A stretch of 64,000 nt of DNA from Acidobacteriota bacterium (GTDB lineage Bacteria > Acidobacteriota > UBA890 > WLXD01). Below are positions 39,359-48,571 of this stretch, one piece after another. The notes beneath the pieces are model-generated. The model did not search any database and was not told the DNA's origin. It saw nothing but the letters and a program-made list of their open reading frames with translations. Position 1 is the stretch's first letter. Each line of letters starts with the position of its first letter. The translations under genes and the position numbers were made by a program. Location of the stretch: NCBI GenBank assembly GCA_965205505.1, contig CBDBHB010000006.1, positions 1-64,000 on the forward strand, read 5' to 3'.

Positions 39359-39759
39359 CGTTCGTCAAAAGTGTCGGCAACCATGCGCGCCCGCCGACGC
39401 ACCGGGGCCCGATTATGGCCGCCGATGTCCTGATTTGCGAATGGTGGGCGGCGCTGGCGATCTACCGCCAGGCTGTGGCTCGCAGGCGCGCGTTGAGCCG
39501 CCGGCCGGCAAGCTCTGGCATAGGCTGGCTGCTGCTGCCAGGGTCGACGCCGCCAGGGCACGACCGGCGGGCCAAACGCGGCCGCTGGGCGCGAATGGGT
39601 TTGGCCAAGCGCTCCTGTTGACTCTACACTGGGACCACGTAAACGACGTGGCTCATGTCGCCAGCTCTCGGCATACCGGCGCACAACGCGTTCGCCCGGT
39701 AGGTGGCGCCCGGCGCTTGCAAGAGACAGACGACGTGGCCCTTAACGAGGCCCAAGCCG

Positions 39760-40527
39760 ATGGTTTCACCCAAGGTCGCGCGCCGACGATTCTCACCAGA
39801 GAACCCATCCGAGCGGGGGTTTACCCTCGTCGAGGTCACCATCATTCTGCTTGTCCTGGTGATCTTGAGCACGATCATGCTGCCGCAGATCGGCGGCTTT
39901 AACCGGCGCGCCCGATTCGTCCGCGTCAAGGAGGATCTCGGCGCCATATGCTCACTGATCAAGGCGATGCTCGACGACGTCGGAGAAGGCGCCGTCTCCG
40001 AGGAGGCTGGCTACGATCACCCCCCGATCCGAACCTGGGCCACCGGCCTGTTGATCGGCGAGGGGGACAAGCCGAGCGGCCCGGACGGCGACTCGGACGG
40101 TCGATCCAAATGGCGGCTCGACTTCTTTGACATGTTCGACGTCGAGACCGCCACCGGCAAGGAGATCTCGTTTCAGGTCGATAGGCTCGGCAACCACCTG
40201 ATCTCCAACACACCGATGGATGATGCGGGCAACCGCTAGCGTACCCCCAACGACATGGAGCAGGGGTTCAGCAGCCTGTTCGCCTGGCGCGGCCCCTACA
40301 TGAACGACCAAATCTCCCCCGACCCGTGGGGCAACCGCTACGCAGTGAACGTGTTTGCCCTCTACAGCCCACCCCGGGTGGGGCCGCTCGATCGGTTCAG
40401 CTCCGCCGTGGTGTGCTTCAGTGCCGGGCCCGATGGCAACGTGGATACGGACTTCAACCAACCTTTTGGCTGGACCACCGGCGACGACGATCTCACCGCG
40501 CTGCTACAGGCCGGCGGACCGATGTAG
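39760..40527 (+). pseudogene. GspG-like prepilin 6 interrupted by an in-frame TAG (40237-40239)
   Basis: RG|FTLVE N-terminus and FAWRGPYM...DPWGNRY...FSAGPD C-terminus are in one frame, separated by a single TAG; may be a sequencing error. Confidence 0.8.
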
Positions 40528-41136
40528 CTTCGTGGCTTCAGGACCGGGCCATCGGAGGATCGATCGCCAGACCGCGCGACCATCAGCGTCGATCTTCCTG
40601 AATGAGGGCGAGGTGCTCAGGCGCCTCGCCCTTCGCTCGTCCGAGGTCGGAAACTCGACCCCTCGACAGCAGAGCAGGCTCCACCCGTTGGGTTGGCAAC
40701 GCTGGTAACGACGACTGGACGCGCCTGACCTCTACAGCTAGGTCGGGAGCCCGGTCGCATAGCTCCGGCTGCCACTGGCTGCGGCTGCCACGGGTGTACA
40801 CGAAAACGCAGTTCGCAGGCGACAACAGCGGCCAGTAGTGAGACGGGCAGGTTGGGGGTGACTCCGTCGATTCCCTACGATTCCCTTACGACACGTGCTC
40901 GGGCGCCGTCTCCCCCGACGCACCGCATTACAGGGAGGCCCAAAACAATGCGACTTCGCGAGGACCATCGCGGAGTTACCCTTATCGAGGTCTGGCCCAG
41001 GGATGATTGGTCGATGGCGCTGGCGGTGCCGGGAGACGCCGCCGGCTCCGCTCCTTTCGTCGCTGCAAGGTCTCGGTCCGGATGCGACACCAACCAAGCG
41101 GGCGTGACGCGAGCCCGCCGGCACGCGGAGGCCGAG

Positions 41137-42075
41137 ATGCAACTCTTCAAGCAGATGTGCAAGAGACGACAAGGCGCCCAGGGTCCCGAGGGGAGACGCG
41201 GTGCCCAGGATGGCTTCACGCTGGTCGAGGTGGCGACGATTCTGCTGGCGCTCGGCGTGATGGCCGGCATGCTGGTGCCAAGCATCGGCCAGTTCAACTC
41301 TCTGGCGCGCCGGGTTCGTCTGAGCGAGGACCTCGGTGTGCTATGCACGGCCCTCAAGATGATGCTCGACGATGTCGGCGAGAGCACTTTCTGGGGAAGC
41401 TACGGTCGCAGCTATCAGACCGGCTACGCGGTCTCCGGTTACGGCGCTACGAGCGGCGGGCAGTCGAGCCCAGGTATGGCGAACGCTTATTCGACCGGCG
41501 TGAGCTACAACAGCGGCGGCTCCTACCAGGCGGCCGGGTTGCTGGTCGGCAACGGAGATATTCCAGCCTCGGCGATCGGCGCCACCCAGTGGCAGCTGCA
41601 GCGCGGCGCCACGTTCATCGCCGACACCGACGCGTACTATCAGGTCGGCCTGAGCTTCGTGGTCGACGGATTCGCGGACCAGCTCATCCACCATGGCGTG
41701 GTGACCACGTCCGACGCTATCGATGCTGGCGGCTATGGCTACAGTGGCCCACACAACCTGGGTCGCTACCCTGGGACGGTGGACTCCATGGACATGTTCC
41801 ACTGGCGCGGTCCGTACATCGCCGATCGCATCAATGCCGATCCGTGGGGCAACCGCTACATGGCAAATGTCTTCGCCCTGCACCTGCCGCCGGCTACGCT
41901 GTACAACACCCATGCGTACTGGCGCCGCCATCAGCCGTTCTTCAGCTCGGCCGTGGTCTGTTACTCGGCGGGGCCGAACGAGCAGATCGAGACCGCCTTC
42001 GACCAGCCCTGGGGCTGGTACACGGGTGGCGACGATCAAACCGCCGTGCTGGCAGGGGTAGGCGGGATCCGGTAA
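41137..42075 (+). CDS. GspG-like prepilin 7 with Gly/Ser/Tyr-rich insert
   Basis: ATG after GGAGG; DG|FTLVE; FHWRGPYI, DPWGNRY, YSAGPN, GDD. Confidence 0.9.
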   Translation: MQLFKQMCKRRQGAQGPEGRRGAQDGFTLVEVATILLALGVMAGMLVPSIGQFNSLARRVRLSEDLGVLCTALKMMLDDVGESTFWGSYGRSYQTGYAVSGYGATSGGQSSPGMANAYSTGVSYNSGGSYQAAGLLVGNGDIPASAIGATQWQLQRGATFIADTDAYYQVGLSFVVDGFADQLIHHGVVTTSDAIDAGGYGYSGPHNLGRYPGTVDSMDMFHWRGPYIADRINADPWGNRYMANVFALHLPPATLYNTHAYWRRHQPFFSSAVVCYSAGPNEQIETAFDQPWGWYTGGDDQTAVLAGVGGIR

Positions 42076-42298
42076 TCCGGTAATTAGTCACCTCAAGCTA
42101 TTTTTGGCCATTCTTGACCGCTCAGGATATGACAAGGACGGCCATGGACGGACAAGTGCTGTCATGGGAATGAAAAAATTGCTTATGTCATTATGAGCTA
42201 GCATCGATCTGTCCGGATTAGCGAAGATTTGGCCGTCGGGAGGCTGCGAATAACCTCCCGGCGGCTTTTCTCGTCTGTCCTTCCACCCCGGACGTTCG

Positions 42299-43270
42299 AT
42301 GATCCACATCGAGAATCTGACCAAGTGCTTCGGTTCGGTCGCCGCCCTGGACCGCGTCTCGTTCGACGTCGCTGCCGGCGAGGTTGTCGGGCTGCTGGGT
42401 CCGAACGGCGCTGGCAAGACCACCACCATGCGTATCCTGACGGGTGCGATGCCCCCCACCTCGGGCTTAGTCCAGGTTGCCGGGCGTGACGTCGCGCGCC
42501 AGCCCTTGGCGGTGAAGCGGCACGTCGGCTATCTGCCCGAGGTTCCGCCGCTCTATCCGGAGATGCGCGTCCGCGCGTACCTGATGTTCGTGGCCGAGCT
42601 CAAGGGTTTGCGCAAGTCGGAGCGCGCCGCCGCGGTCGAGCGCGCCCTCACCCTGTGCTGGCTCGAGGATCGAGCCGGGCAGCCAATCGAGCAGCTTTCC
42701 AAAGGCTACAGGCAACGCGTCGGGCTGGCGCAGGCGATCCTGCACTCACCTGACCTGCTGGTTCTCGACGAGCCGACCTCTGGGCTCGACCCGCGTCAGA
42801 TCATCGAGGTACGCCAGCTCATTCGCGAGCTCGCCGGCGAGCACACGGTGATTCTGTCGAGCCACATCCTCAACGAGATCGCCGCGTCCTGCGAGCGGCT
42901 CGTCGTGCTGCACCGGGGAGCGGTCGTTGCCACCGATACGGTGGCGGCGCTGACCAAGCGATTCAGCGGTGGCCAGAAGATCGTATTGCAGGCTCGCGGC
43001 GACGTCGACGCGATGCGTCGCGCGCTTCGGACCGTCGCCGGCGCCGACAACGTCGCCCTGGTCGACGACACCGAGCCCGGTTGCTGGCGCTGCGAGGTTG
43101 CGACGCCGGCCGACAGAGACCTCCGCCCGCAACTCGCGGCGGCGATTGTTAACGGCGGCTGGGAGCTTGTCGGCATAAGCCGTATCGAGCTCAGCCTCGA
43201 GCAAATTTTCCTACGACTTACCGAGGAGCCCGATTCTGATGACGTCGACGAAGAGCCGCGTGTAGCCTGA
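42299..43270 (+). CDS. ABC transporter ATP-binding protein (GldA-like)
   Basis: GPNGAGKTT, LSKGYRQR, LDEPT, SSH. Confidence 0.93.
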   Translation: MIHIENLTKCFGSVAALDRVSFDVAAGEVVGLLGPNGAGKTTTMRILTGAMPPTSGLVQVAGRDVARQPLAVKRHVGYLPEVPPLYPEMRVRAYLMFVAELKGLRKSERAAAVERALTLCWLEDRAGQPIEQLSKGYRQRVGLAQAILHSPDLLVLDEPTSGLDPRQIIEVRQLIRELAGEHTVILSSHILNEIAASCERLVVLHRGAVVATDTVAALTKRFSGGQKIVLQARGDVDAMRRALRTVAGADNVALVDDTEPGCWRCEVATPADRDLRPQLAAAIVNGGWELVGISRIELSLEQIFLRLTEEPDSDDVDEEPRVA

Positions 43271-43285
43271 CGGAAAAGGAGAAGG

Positions 43286-44083
43286 TTGATGCGCGGAGCC
43301 TGGGCAATCTGCAAGCGTGAGCTACACAGCTATTTCGTGTCGCCGGTAGCGTACGCACTCATGGCGGTGTTCTGGCTCGCCGAGTCAGTGTTCTTCATTT
43401 CCATTCTGAACTATTGGGCGGTGCAAGGACGCAGCGCCGACGTTCGGGCCGAGCAACTCGGGCCGCAAGGCAACTTGCTCAACGTGCCGGCAATGATCGG
43501 CACCAGCTTCCTCGATATCACGGCGTGGCTGCTGGTGTTCATACTGCCGATCGTGGCGATGGCGCTGCTGGCGGAAGAGAAGCGACGCCGCACCATGGAG
43601 CTACTGCTCACCTCACCGGTCACCAATGCCGGCATCATGTGGGGCAAGTTCTTCGGCGCCTATCTGTTCTTGGTGGCGTTGCTGGCACCGACCTTCTGTT
43701 TCCAATACGTGCTCGCGTACTTCGGCGCCAACGAGCCGGCGGTCTGGATTACCGGTTACCTCGGGCTGCTGCTGCTGGCCGCGGCCATGCTGGCCGCGAC
43801 GCTGTGGGTATCGGCGCTAACCGAGAGCCAGGTTGTGGCGGCGTTCGGCGGCTATGGCCTGCTGCTGATCTTCTGGTTCGTCGACGCGCCCGCGAACCTG
43901 CTGCCCAGCATCTGGCAGGACGGCGTTCGCTGGCTGTCATTGCATCACCACTTCGGCGACTTCCGCGTCGGTGTGATCAGCCTGCCAGACGCCAACTACT
44001 TGCTCTGGTTCACCGCCTTCTTCTTGTTCATGACCCACCTGGCTCTCGAGAGCTTGCGGTGGCGAGGAGTGCGCAGCTCATGA
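43286..44083 (+). CDS. ABC-2 permease (GldF-like)
   Basis: KRELHSYFVSPVAY, AEEKRRRTMELLLTSPV, GKF; multiple TMs. Confidence 0.88.
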   Translation: MMRGAWAICKRELHSYFVSPVAYALMAVFWLAESVFFISILNYWAVQGRSADVRAEQLGPQGNLLNVPAMIGTSFLDITAWLLVFILPIVAMALLAEEKRRRTMELLLTSPVTNAGIMWGKFFGAYLFLVALLAPTFCFQYVLAYFGANEPAVWITGYLGLLLLAAAMLAATLWVSALTESQVVAAFGGYGLLLIFWFVDAPANLLPSIWQDGVRWLSLHHHFGDFRVGVISLPDANYLLWFTAFFLFMTHLALESLRWRGVRSS

Positions 44084-45516
44084 GCGCCGCCGTCAACCCC
44101 GAGCCACGCCTGCAACGGCTTCGGCAGCTGTTCGCTACCAGCCTGCGAGTGACCGAGTGGACGTTCGCTGGCCTGCGCCTTGTGCTGTTTCTGGTCTGTG
44201 CGTTCCTAGTGAGCTGGGTGGTCACCTACAACCCGCTGACCTGGGACTTCACCGAAGCACAGCTGTTCAGTCTGTCGGCTTCCAGCCGAGCGGCGCTGAA
44301 CACGCTCGATCAGCCGGTGACCCTGACGGCGTTTGTCCAGGGCGCCAAGGATCCGAGTGTCGAGCGTCTGTTGAAAGCCTACGCCGACGGTTCTTCCATC
44401 GAGTATCGGCTGGTCGACCCTGAGGCTGAGCCGGCGCTCGCCCAGGCGCACCAGGTACGCACGTATGGGACATTGATCATCGAGGCCGGCGACTCCGTTC
44501 GCCGCGCCGACGGTCCGAGCGAGCCGGCGATCACCAACGCCATCCTCGCGGCGACGCGGGGCGATGCGGTGCCCGTCTGCTTCTTGTCGGGGCACGGCGA
44601 GCGGGTACCTGTCGACAAGGGTCGCGGCGGCTTCTCGGCTGCCGTCACCGCATTGAGGCAGGTCAACTACGAGCCACTTCAGCTCAACCTGGCCATGGGT
44701 CAGGCGGCCGACGACTGCCGCGTCATCCTCATCGCCGGGCCGAGCACCGACCTGCTGTCGGAGGAGCGCGCCGCCCTGGAATCCTATCTACAGAACGGCG
44801 GCCGGCTGATGGCGATGCTCGAGAGCAATACCGACCTGCCCGAGATCGAGGCCTTGGTCGCCGCCTATGGCCTTCAGATCAACGCCGATTTCATCATCGA
44901 TACCGGGCGCAACGGACAGGACTTTGGCCTCGGCGTACAGGTGCCGATGGTCGATCGGTACGAGCCCCACCCGATTACCGACGGCTTCGGCGCCATGACG
45001 CTATTCAGCATGCCGCGATCGATCACCATCGACACATTGCCCGAAGGCATCGACGCCCGCGCCCTGGCCAGTAGCACCCCGTCGTCGTGGGGCGAGACCG
45101 ATTTCGAGCGCGCGTCGATGGCGCGCTGGGACGAGGGGGTGGATCGTCAGGGTCCGCTGCCGCTCGTCGTGGCGGTGTCGGAGTTGCTCGACGAGACGCC
45201 CCGAGCGTTCCGCGAGCGTCAGCGCACCGGCGAGCCGGCACCGGTGGGTGAGCCGATCCTGGTCGCCATCGGTGACGTCGAGTTCGCCACCAACGCCTTC
45301 TTCAATTGGCAGGGCAACGGCGACCTGTTCGTGAATTTGGTGAGCTGGTTGGCCGGGCAGGAGGAGCTCATCTCGATCCTTCCGAAGGAGGTATCGAACA
45401 AGCGCGTCCTGCTGACCGAAGGGCAAAAGGCCCTCACCTTCGCACTGCTGGTGATCCTGCTCCCCGCCGTACCTGCCGTTGCCGGCGTCGTCATGATGGT
45501 CAAGAGGGTTAAATAA
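44080..45516 (+). CDS. GldG-like ABC auxiliary periplasmic protein
   Basis: WDFTEAQLFSLS, FLSGHGE, YLQNGG, GNGDLFVNLVSWL; N- and C-terminal TMs. Confidence 0.82.
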   Translation: MSAAVNPEPRLQRLRQLFATSLRVTEWTFAGLRLVLFLVCAFLVSWVVTYNPLTWDFTEAQLFSLSASSRAALNTLDQPVTLTAFVQGAKDPSVERLLKAYADGSSIEYRLVDPEAEPALAQAHQVRTYGTLIIEAGDSVRRADGPSEPAITNAILAATRGDAVPVCFLSGHGERVPVDKGRGGFSAAVTALRQVNYEPLQLNLAMGQAADDCRVILIAGPSTDLLSEERAALESYLQNGGRLMAMLESNTDLPEIEALVAAYGLQINADFIIDTGRNGQDFGLGVQVPMVDRYEPHPITDGFGAMTLFSMPRSITIDTLPEGIDARALASSTPSSWGETDFERASMARWDEGVDRQGPLPLVVAVSELLDETPRAFRERQRTGEPAPVGEPILVAIGDVEFATNAFFNWQGNGDLFVNLVSWLAGQEELISILPKEVSNKRVLLTEGQKALTFALLVILLPAVPAVAGVVMMVKRVK

Positions 45517-45606
45517 GGTTTTCGAGAATGTTCTACAATGTTATTCTGTGAAATATTAACTAATACAGTTTATTAAAGGCCAACGTAGTCTCTCAGAGGT
45601 CCGAAC

Positions 45607-47361
45607 ATGCAGCACGTAGACAACCAGAACGCCTACGGTGGCTCCAATGGGCATTCGCCCAGTGGCCCTGTGTCGGTGCGTCTCGGCGACTATCTCGTCG
45701 ATCGCCGCCAGCTGACGCGCCAGCAGCTCGATGACGTGCTGGCGCGGCAGATTGCCGGCGATGGTGCGCTTCTCGGACAGGTACTGGTTAATCAGGGCCT
45801 GCTCACCGAGGAGACGCTGGCGCGTGCCCTCGCTGACATGGCCGGCGTTGCCTTCCGCGAGTTCCGGCCGGATGAGGTCGAGAACGCCGCCGTGCAGGCG
45901 GTACCGCGCGACGTACCACCACGCTTTCAGGTCATGCCCGTGGCCGTTTCCGGCAGCAGCCTGCTGGTCGCCTGTGCGGATCCGTTCGACATCCTCGCCA
46001 TTGACGAGATCGAGCGTCGTACAAACTTCCAGGTGAAGCAGTTCTGCGCCACCGAGGGCGACGTTCGCCGCGCCATCGACCGGTATTACGGCGGTGCCGG
46101 CGTGCTGGAGGGCCTGGTCAGCGAGACGGTGCAGCGACAGGACGCCGAGCGCCAGAACGTGGCGCGCGGCGGCATCTTCGTTTCCGACCCCGGCGCCTCC
46201 GCCGATGAGCCGATGGTGCGCCTGGTCGACGAGATCCTCAACCAGGGGCTACGCCTGCGCGCCACCGATGTTCACATCGACCCTGAGGAAGAGATCGTAC
46301 GGGTGCGCTATCGCGTCGATGGGCTCCTGCAGCAAGGACCGTTGCTTCCGAAGCAGATCCAGCACTCGCTGATTTCGCGCATCAAGATCATCGCCAGTCT
46401 CGATATCGCCGAGCAACGACTGCCGCAGGAAGGCCATCTTACCTACCGCGTTGCCTCCAAAGAGGTCGATCTTCGTGTCTCCTGCTTCCCGACGGTGTTC
46501 GGCGAGAAGGTTGCCCTGCGTCTGCTCGAGCGGCAGATGCTATTCCGCGGGCTGGGCGAGCTCGGCCTCGAGGGCTCCACGCTGGAGATGCTCGAGGACT
46601 CCGTGAAGCGAACCAAGGGAATCGTGCTGCTCACCGGGCCGACTGGCTCGGGTAAGACGACGACCCTCTACACGATGCTGTCGCACCTCGACATGCTCGC
46701 TAACAACATCGTGACGCTCGAGGATCCGGTCGAGTATCGCATTCCGGAGATCCGCCAGAGCCAGATCAACACCCGTGCCGGCTTCACTTTTGCGACCGGT
46801 ATGCGTTCGGTGCTGCGGCAGGATCCAGACGTCATTCTGCTCGGTGAGATTCGCGATCCGGAGACCGCAGGGCTGGCCATGCGAGCCGCGTTGACCGGCA
46901 TCCTGGTGCTCTCGACGCTGCATACCAACGAGGCGGCGGGCACGTTCCCGCGCCTCATCGATATGGGGCTCGAGCCCTATCTGATCGGCTCCACGATGAT
47001 CTCCACCGTTGCCGAGCGGCTGGTACGCAAGGTGTGCAAGCACTGCGCCGAGGTCGTACAGCCCGACATGGGGATGCTCGTGCGGCTTGGCCTCGAGGGT
47101 GAGCCACTGGATGGCGAATGGTTGCGCGGCGCCGGCTGCCACCTCTGCGGAGATAGTGGCTACGTTGGTCGCACCGGCATCTTCGAGATCCTGATGGTCA
47201 GCGACGCGATTCGCGAAACGATCAAGCACCAGGCAGATACGCGGGCGATTCGCGAGATCGCCATGCGGGAAGGAATGCGCACGCTCATGCAGCACGGCCT
47301 CGAGGTCGTGCGGCGTGGCCAGACTACTTTGGAGGAGCTCGGGCGCGTCGGGCGCGAGTAA
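45607..47361 (+). CDS. pilB: PilB/GspE/MshE assembly ATPase with MshEN-like N-domain
   Basis: RLGDYLV...LARQ; ATDVHIDP, GPTGSGKTTT, EDPVE, LRQDPDVILLGEIRD, STLHTN, CKHC/CHLC. Confidence 0.93.
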   Translation: MQHVDNQNAYGGSNGHSPSGPVSVRLGDYLVDRRQLTRQQLDDVLARQIAGDGALLGQVLVNQGLLTEETLARALADMAGVAFREFRPDEVENAAVQAVPRDVPPRFQVMPVAVSGSSLLVACADPFDILAIDEIERRTNFQVKQFCATEGDVRRAIDRYYGGAGVLEGLVSETVQRQDAERQNVARGGIFVSDPGASADEPMVRLVDEILNQGLRLRATDVHIDPEEEIVRVRYRVDGLLQQGPLLPKQIQHSLISRIKIIASLDIAEQRLPQEGHLTYRVASKEVDLRVSCFPTVFGEKVALRLLERQMLFRGLGELGLEGSTLEMLEDSVKRTKGIVLLTGPTGSGKTTTLYTMLSHLDMLANNIVTLEDPVEYRIPEIRQSQINTRAGFTFATGMRSVLRQDPDVILLGEIRDPETAGLAMRAALTGILVLSTLHTNEAAGTFPRLIDMGLEPYLIGSTMISTVAERLVRKVCKHCAEVVQPDMGMLVRLGLEGEPLDGEWLRGAGCHLCGDSGYVGRTGIFEILMVSDAIRETIKHQADTRAIREIAMREGMRTLMQHGLEVVRRGQTTLEELGRVGRE

Positions 47362-47365
47362 GCAC

Positions 47366-48571
47366 ATGCCGAGGTTCAACTACGTCGCCAAGAACGAGGC
47401 CGGCGCCACGATCAAGGGGATCGAGAGCGCCGCGTCGCGCGAGCGCCTGGCCGATCAGCTCGCTGGTCGCGGCCTGTACCTGGTGCGCGCCCAAGGCGGC
47501 GACCTGTCAAGCATCCACATCGAGCTCATTACCAAGAAGGATCTGGTGCTGTTCACATCGCAGCTCATCCCCATCGTTGCGACTGGCGTGCCGATGTTGA
47601 CGGGACTCAAGGACCTCGAGGAAGCGGTCCAGAAACAGAAGCTCAAGAGCGTCGTGCGCGGTCTGCGCGCCGGACTCGAGCGAGGCGAAAGCCTGTCGGG
47701 TGCGATGGTGCGTTATCCGAACGTCTTCTCCGAAGTCTACGTAAACACGGTGCGCGCCGGCGAGGAGTCTGGACATCTCGAGGCATCGCTGGTCGAGTTG
47801 CGCGACTTTCTCGAGTGGAACCTCGACATGCGGCAGCGCATTCAAAACATCCTCGCGTATCCGCTGCTGGTTGTCTTCGCGCTCATCGGCCTGAACGTCG
47901 TGCTGGTGACGTTCGCGATCCCGAGATTCGAGCAGCTATATACATCGTTGCAGACCAACGAGGACTTCGCGCTGCCTCTACCGACCCGGATCGTGATGGC
48001 CTACAGTCGGCTGTTTACCGACTTCTGGCCGGCGGTGCTCCTGGTGCTACTGGGCGCAACGATCGCTTTTCTCGTGTGGACGAGCACGCGGGCTGGCCGC
48101 ATCGGTTGGGATCGCCTGAAGCTGCGGCTGCCGATCATTGGCGGTCTGCTGCGCAAGGTCTGCTTTTCGCGTTTCGCCCACCACTTCGGAACCATGCACT
48201 CGTCTGGAGTGGGCGTGACCCGGGCGCTCGAAGTGGTCAAGGGCGCGGTGGGGAACGAGTATCTCGCCAGCGTGGTCGAGTACGTCAACCGCCGCGTGCG
48301 TAGCGGCCAAGGGCTGGCGTCGGCGATGCGCGAGACAAACGAGTTCCCGAGCGTCGTGGTGCAAATGGTATCGACTGCCGAGCGCACCGGAAAGATGCAG
48401 GAGGCGCTCGCCAACGTCATCCGGTTCTTCGATCGCGAGGTCGACGCCGCAGTACGCCGCGTGACCACTTATATGGGCCCGATCCTGCTGATCGTCCTGG
48501 CAGCGGTCCTCGTGCTCATGGGTACGGCGTTCTACCTACCGCTCCTCAGATTGGTGACCACGATCCAATGA
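47366..48571 (+). CDS. pilC: PilC/GspF platform protein
   Basis: GESLS, AGEESGHL, LAYP, LPLPTRIV, AERTG; three TMs. Confidence 0.93.
   Translation: MPRFNYVAKNEAGATIKGIESAASRERLADQLAGRGLYLVRAQGGDLSSIHIELITKKDLVLFTSQLIPIVATGVPMLTGLKDLEEAVQKQKLKSVVRGLRAGLERGESLSGAMVRYPNVFSEVYVNTVRAGEESGHLEASLVELRDFLEWNLDMRQRIQNILAYPLLVVFALIGLNVVLVTFAIPRFEQLYTSLQTNEDFALPLPTRIVMAYSRLFTDFWPAVLLVLLGATIAFLVWTSTRAGRIGWDRLKLRLPIIGGLLRKVCFSRFAHHFGTMHSSGVGVTRALEVVKGAVGNEYLASVVEYVNRRVRSGQGLASAMRETNEFPSVVVQMVSTAERTGKMQEALANVIRFFDREVDAAVRRVTTYMGPILLIVLAAVLVLMGTAFYLPLLRLVTTIQ

Noticed and set aside
39515-39533. Second sigma54 promoter (CTGGCATAGGCTGGCT) upstream of pilin 6
   Set aside because: GG-to-GC spacing is 9, not the required 10.
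40237-40239. Pyrrolysine or selenocysteine recoding of the pilin stop
   Set aside because: Codon is TAG, not TGA; it aligns with Tyr; no pyl genes are present; TAG terminates many genes here.
35528-41860. CRISPR-like recurrence of GA(C/T)CC(G/A)TGGGGCAACCGCTAC
   Set aside because: Copies are ~0.7-2.4 kb apart and encode DPWGNRY in paralogues; no cas genes.
34251-42075. Silent pilS-type cassettes, shufflon or DGR acting on the pilins
   Set aside because: Every pilin has its own start and signal peptide, all on one strand; no invertase, reverse transcriptase or TR/VR pair seen; shared DNA blocks are explained by conserved protein motifs.
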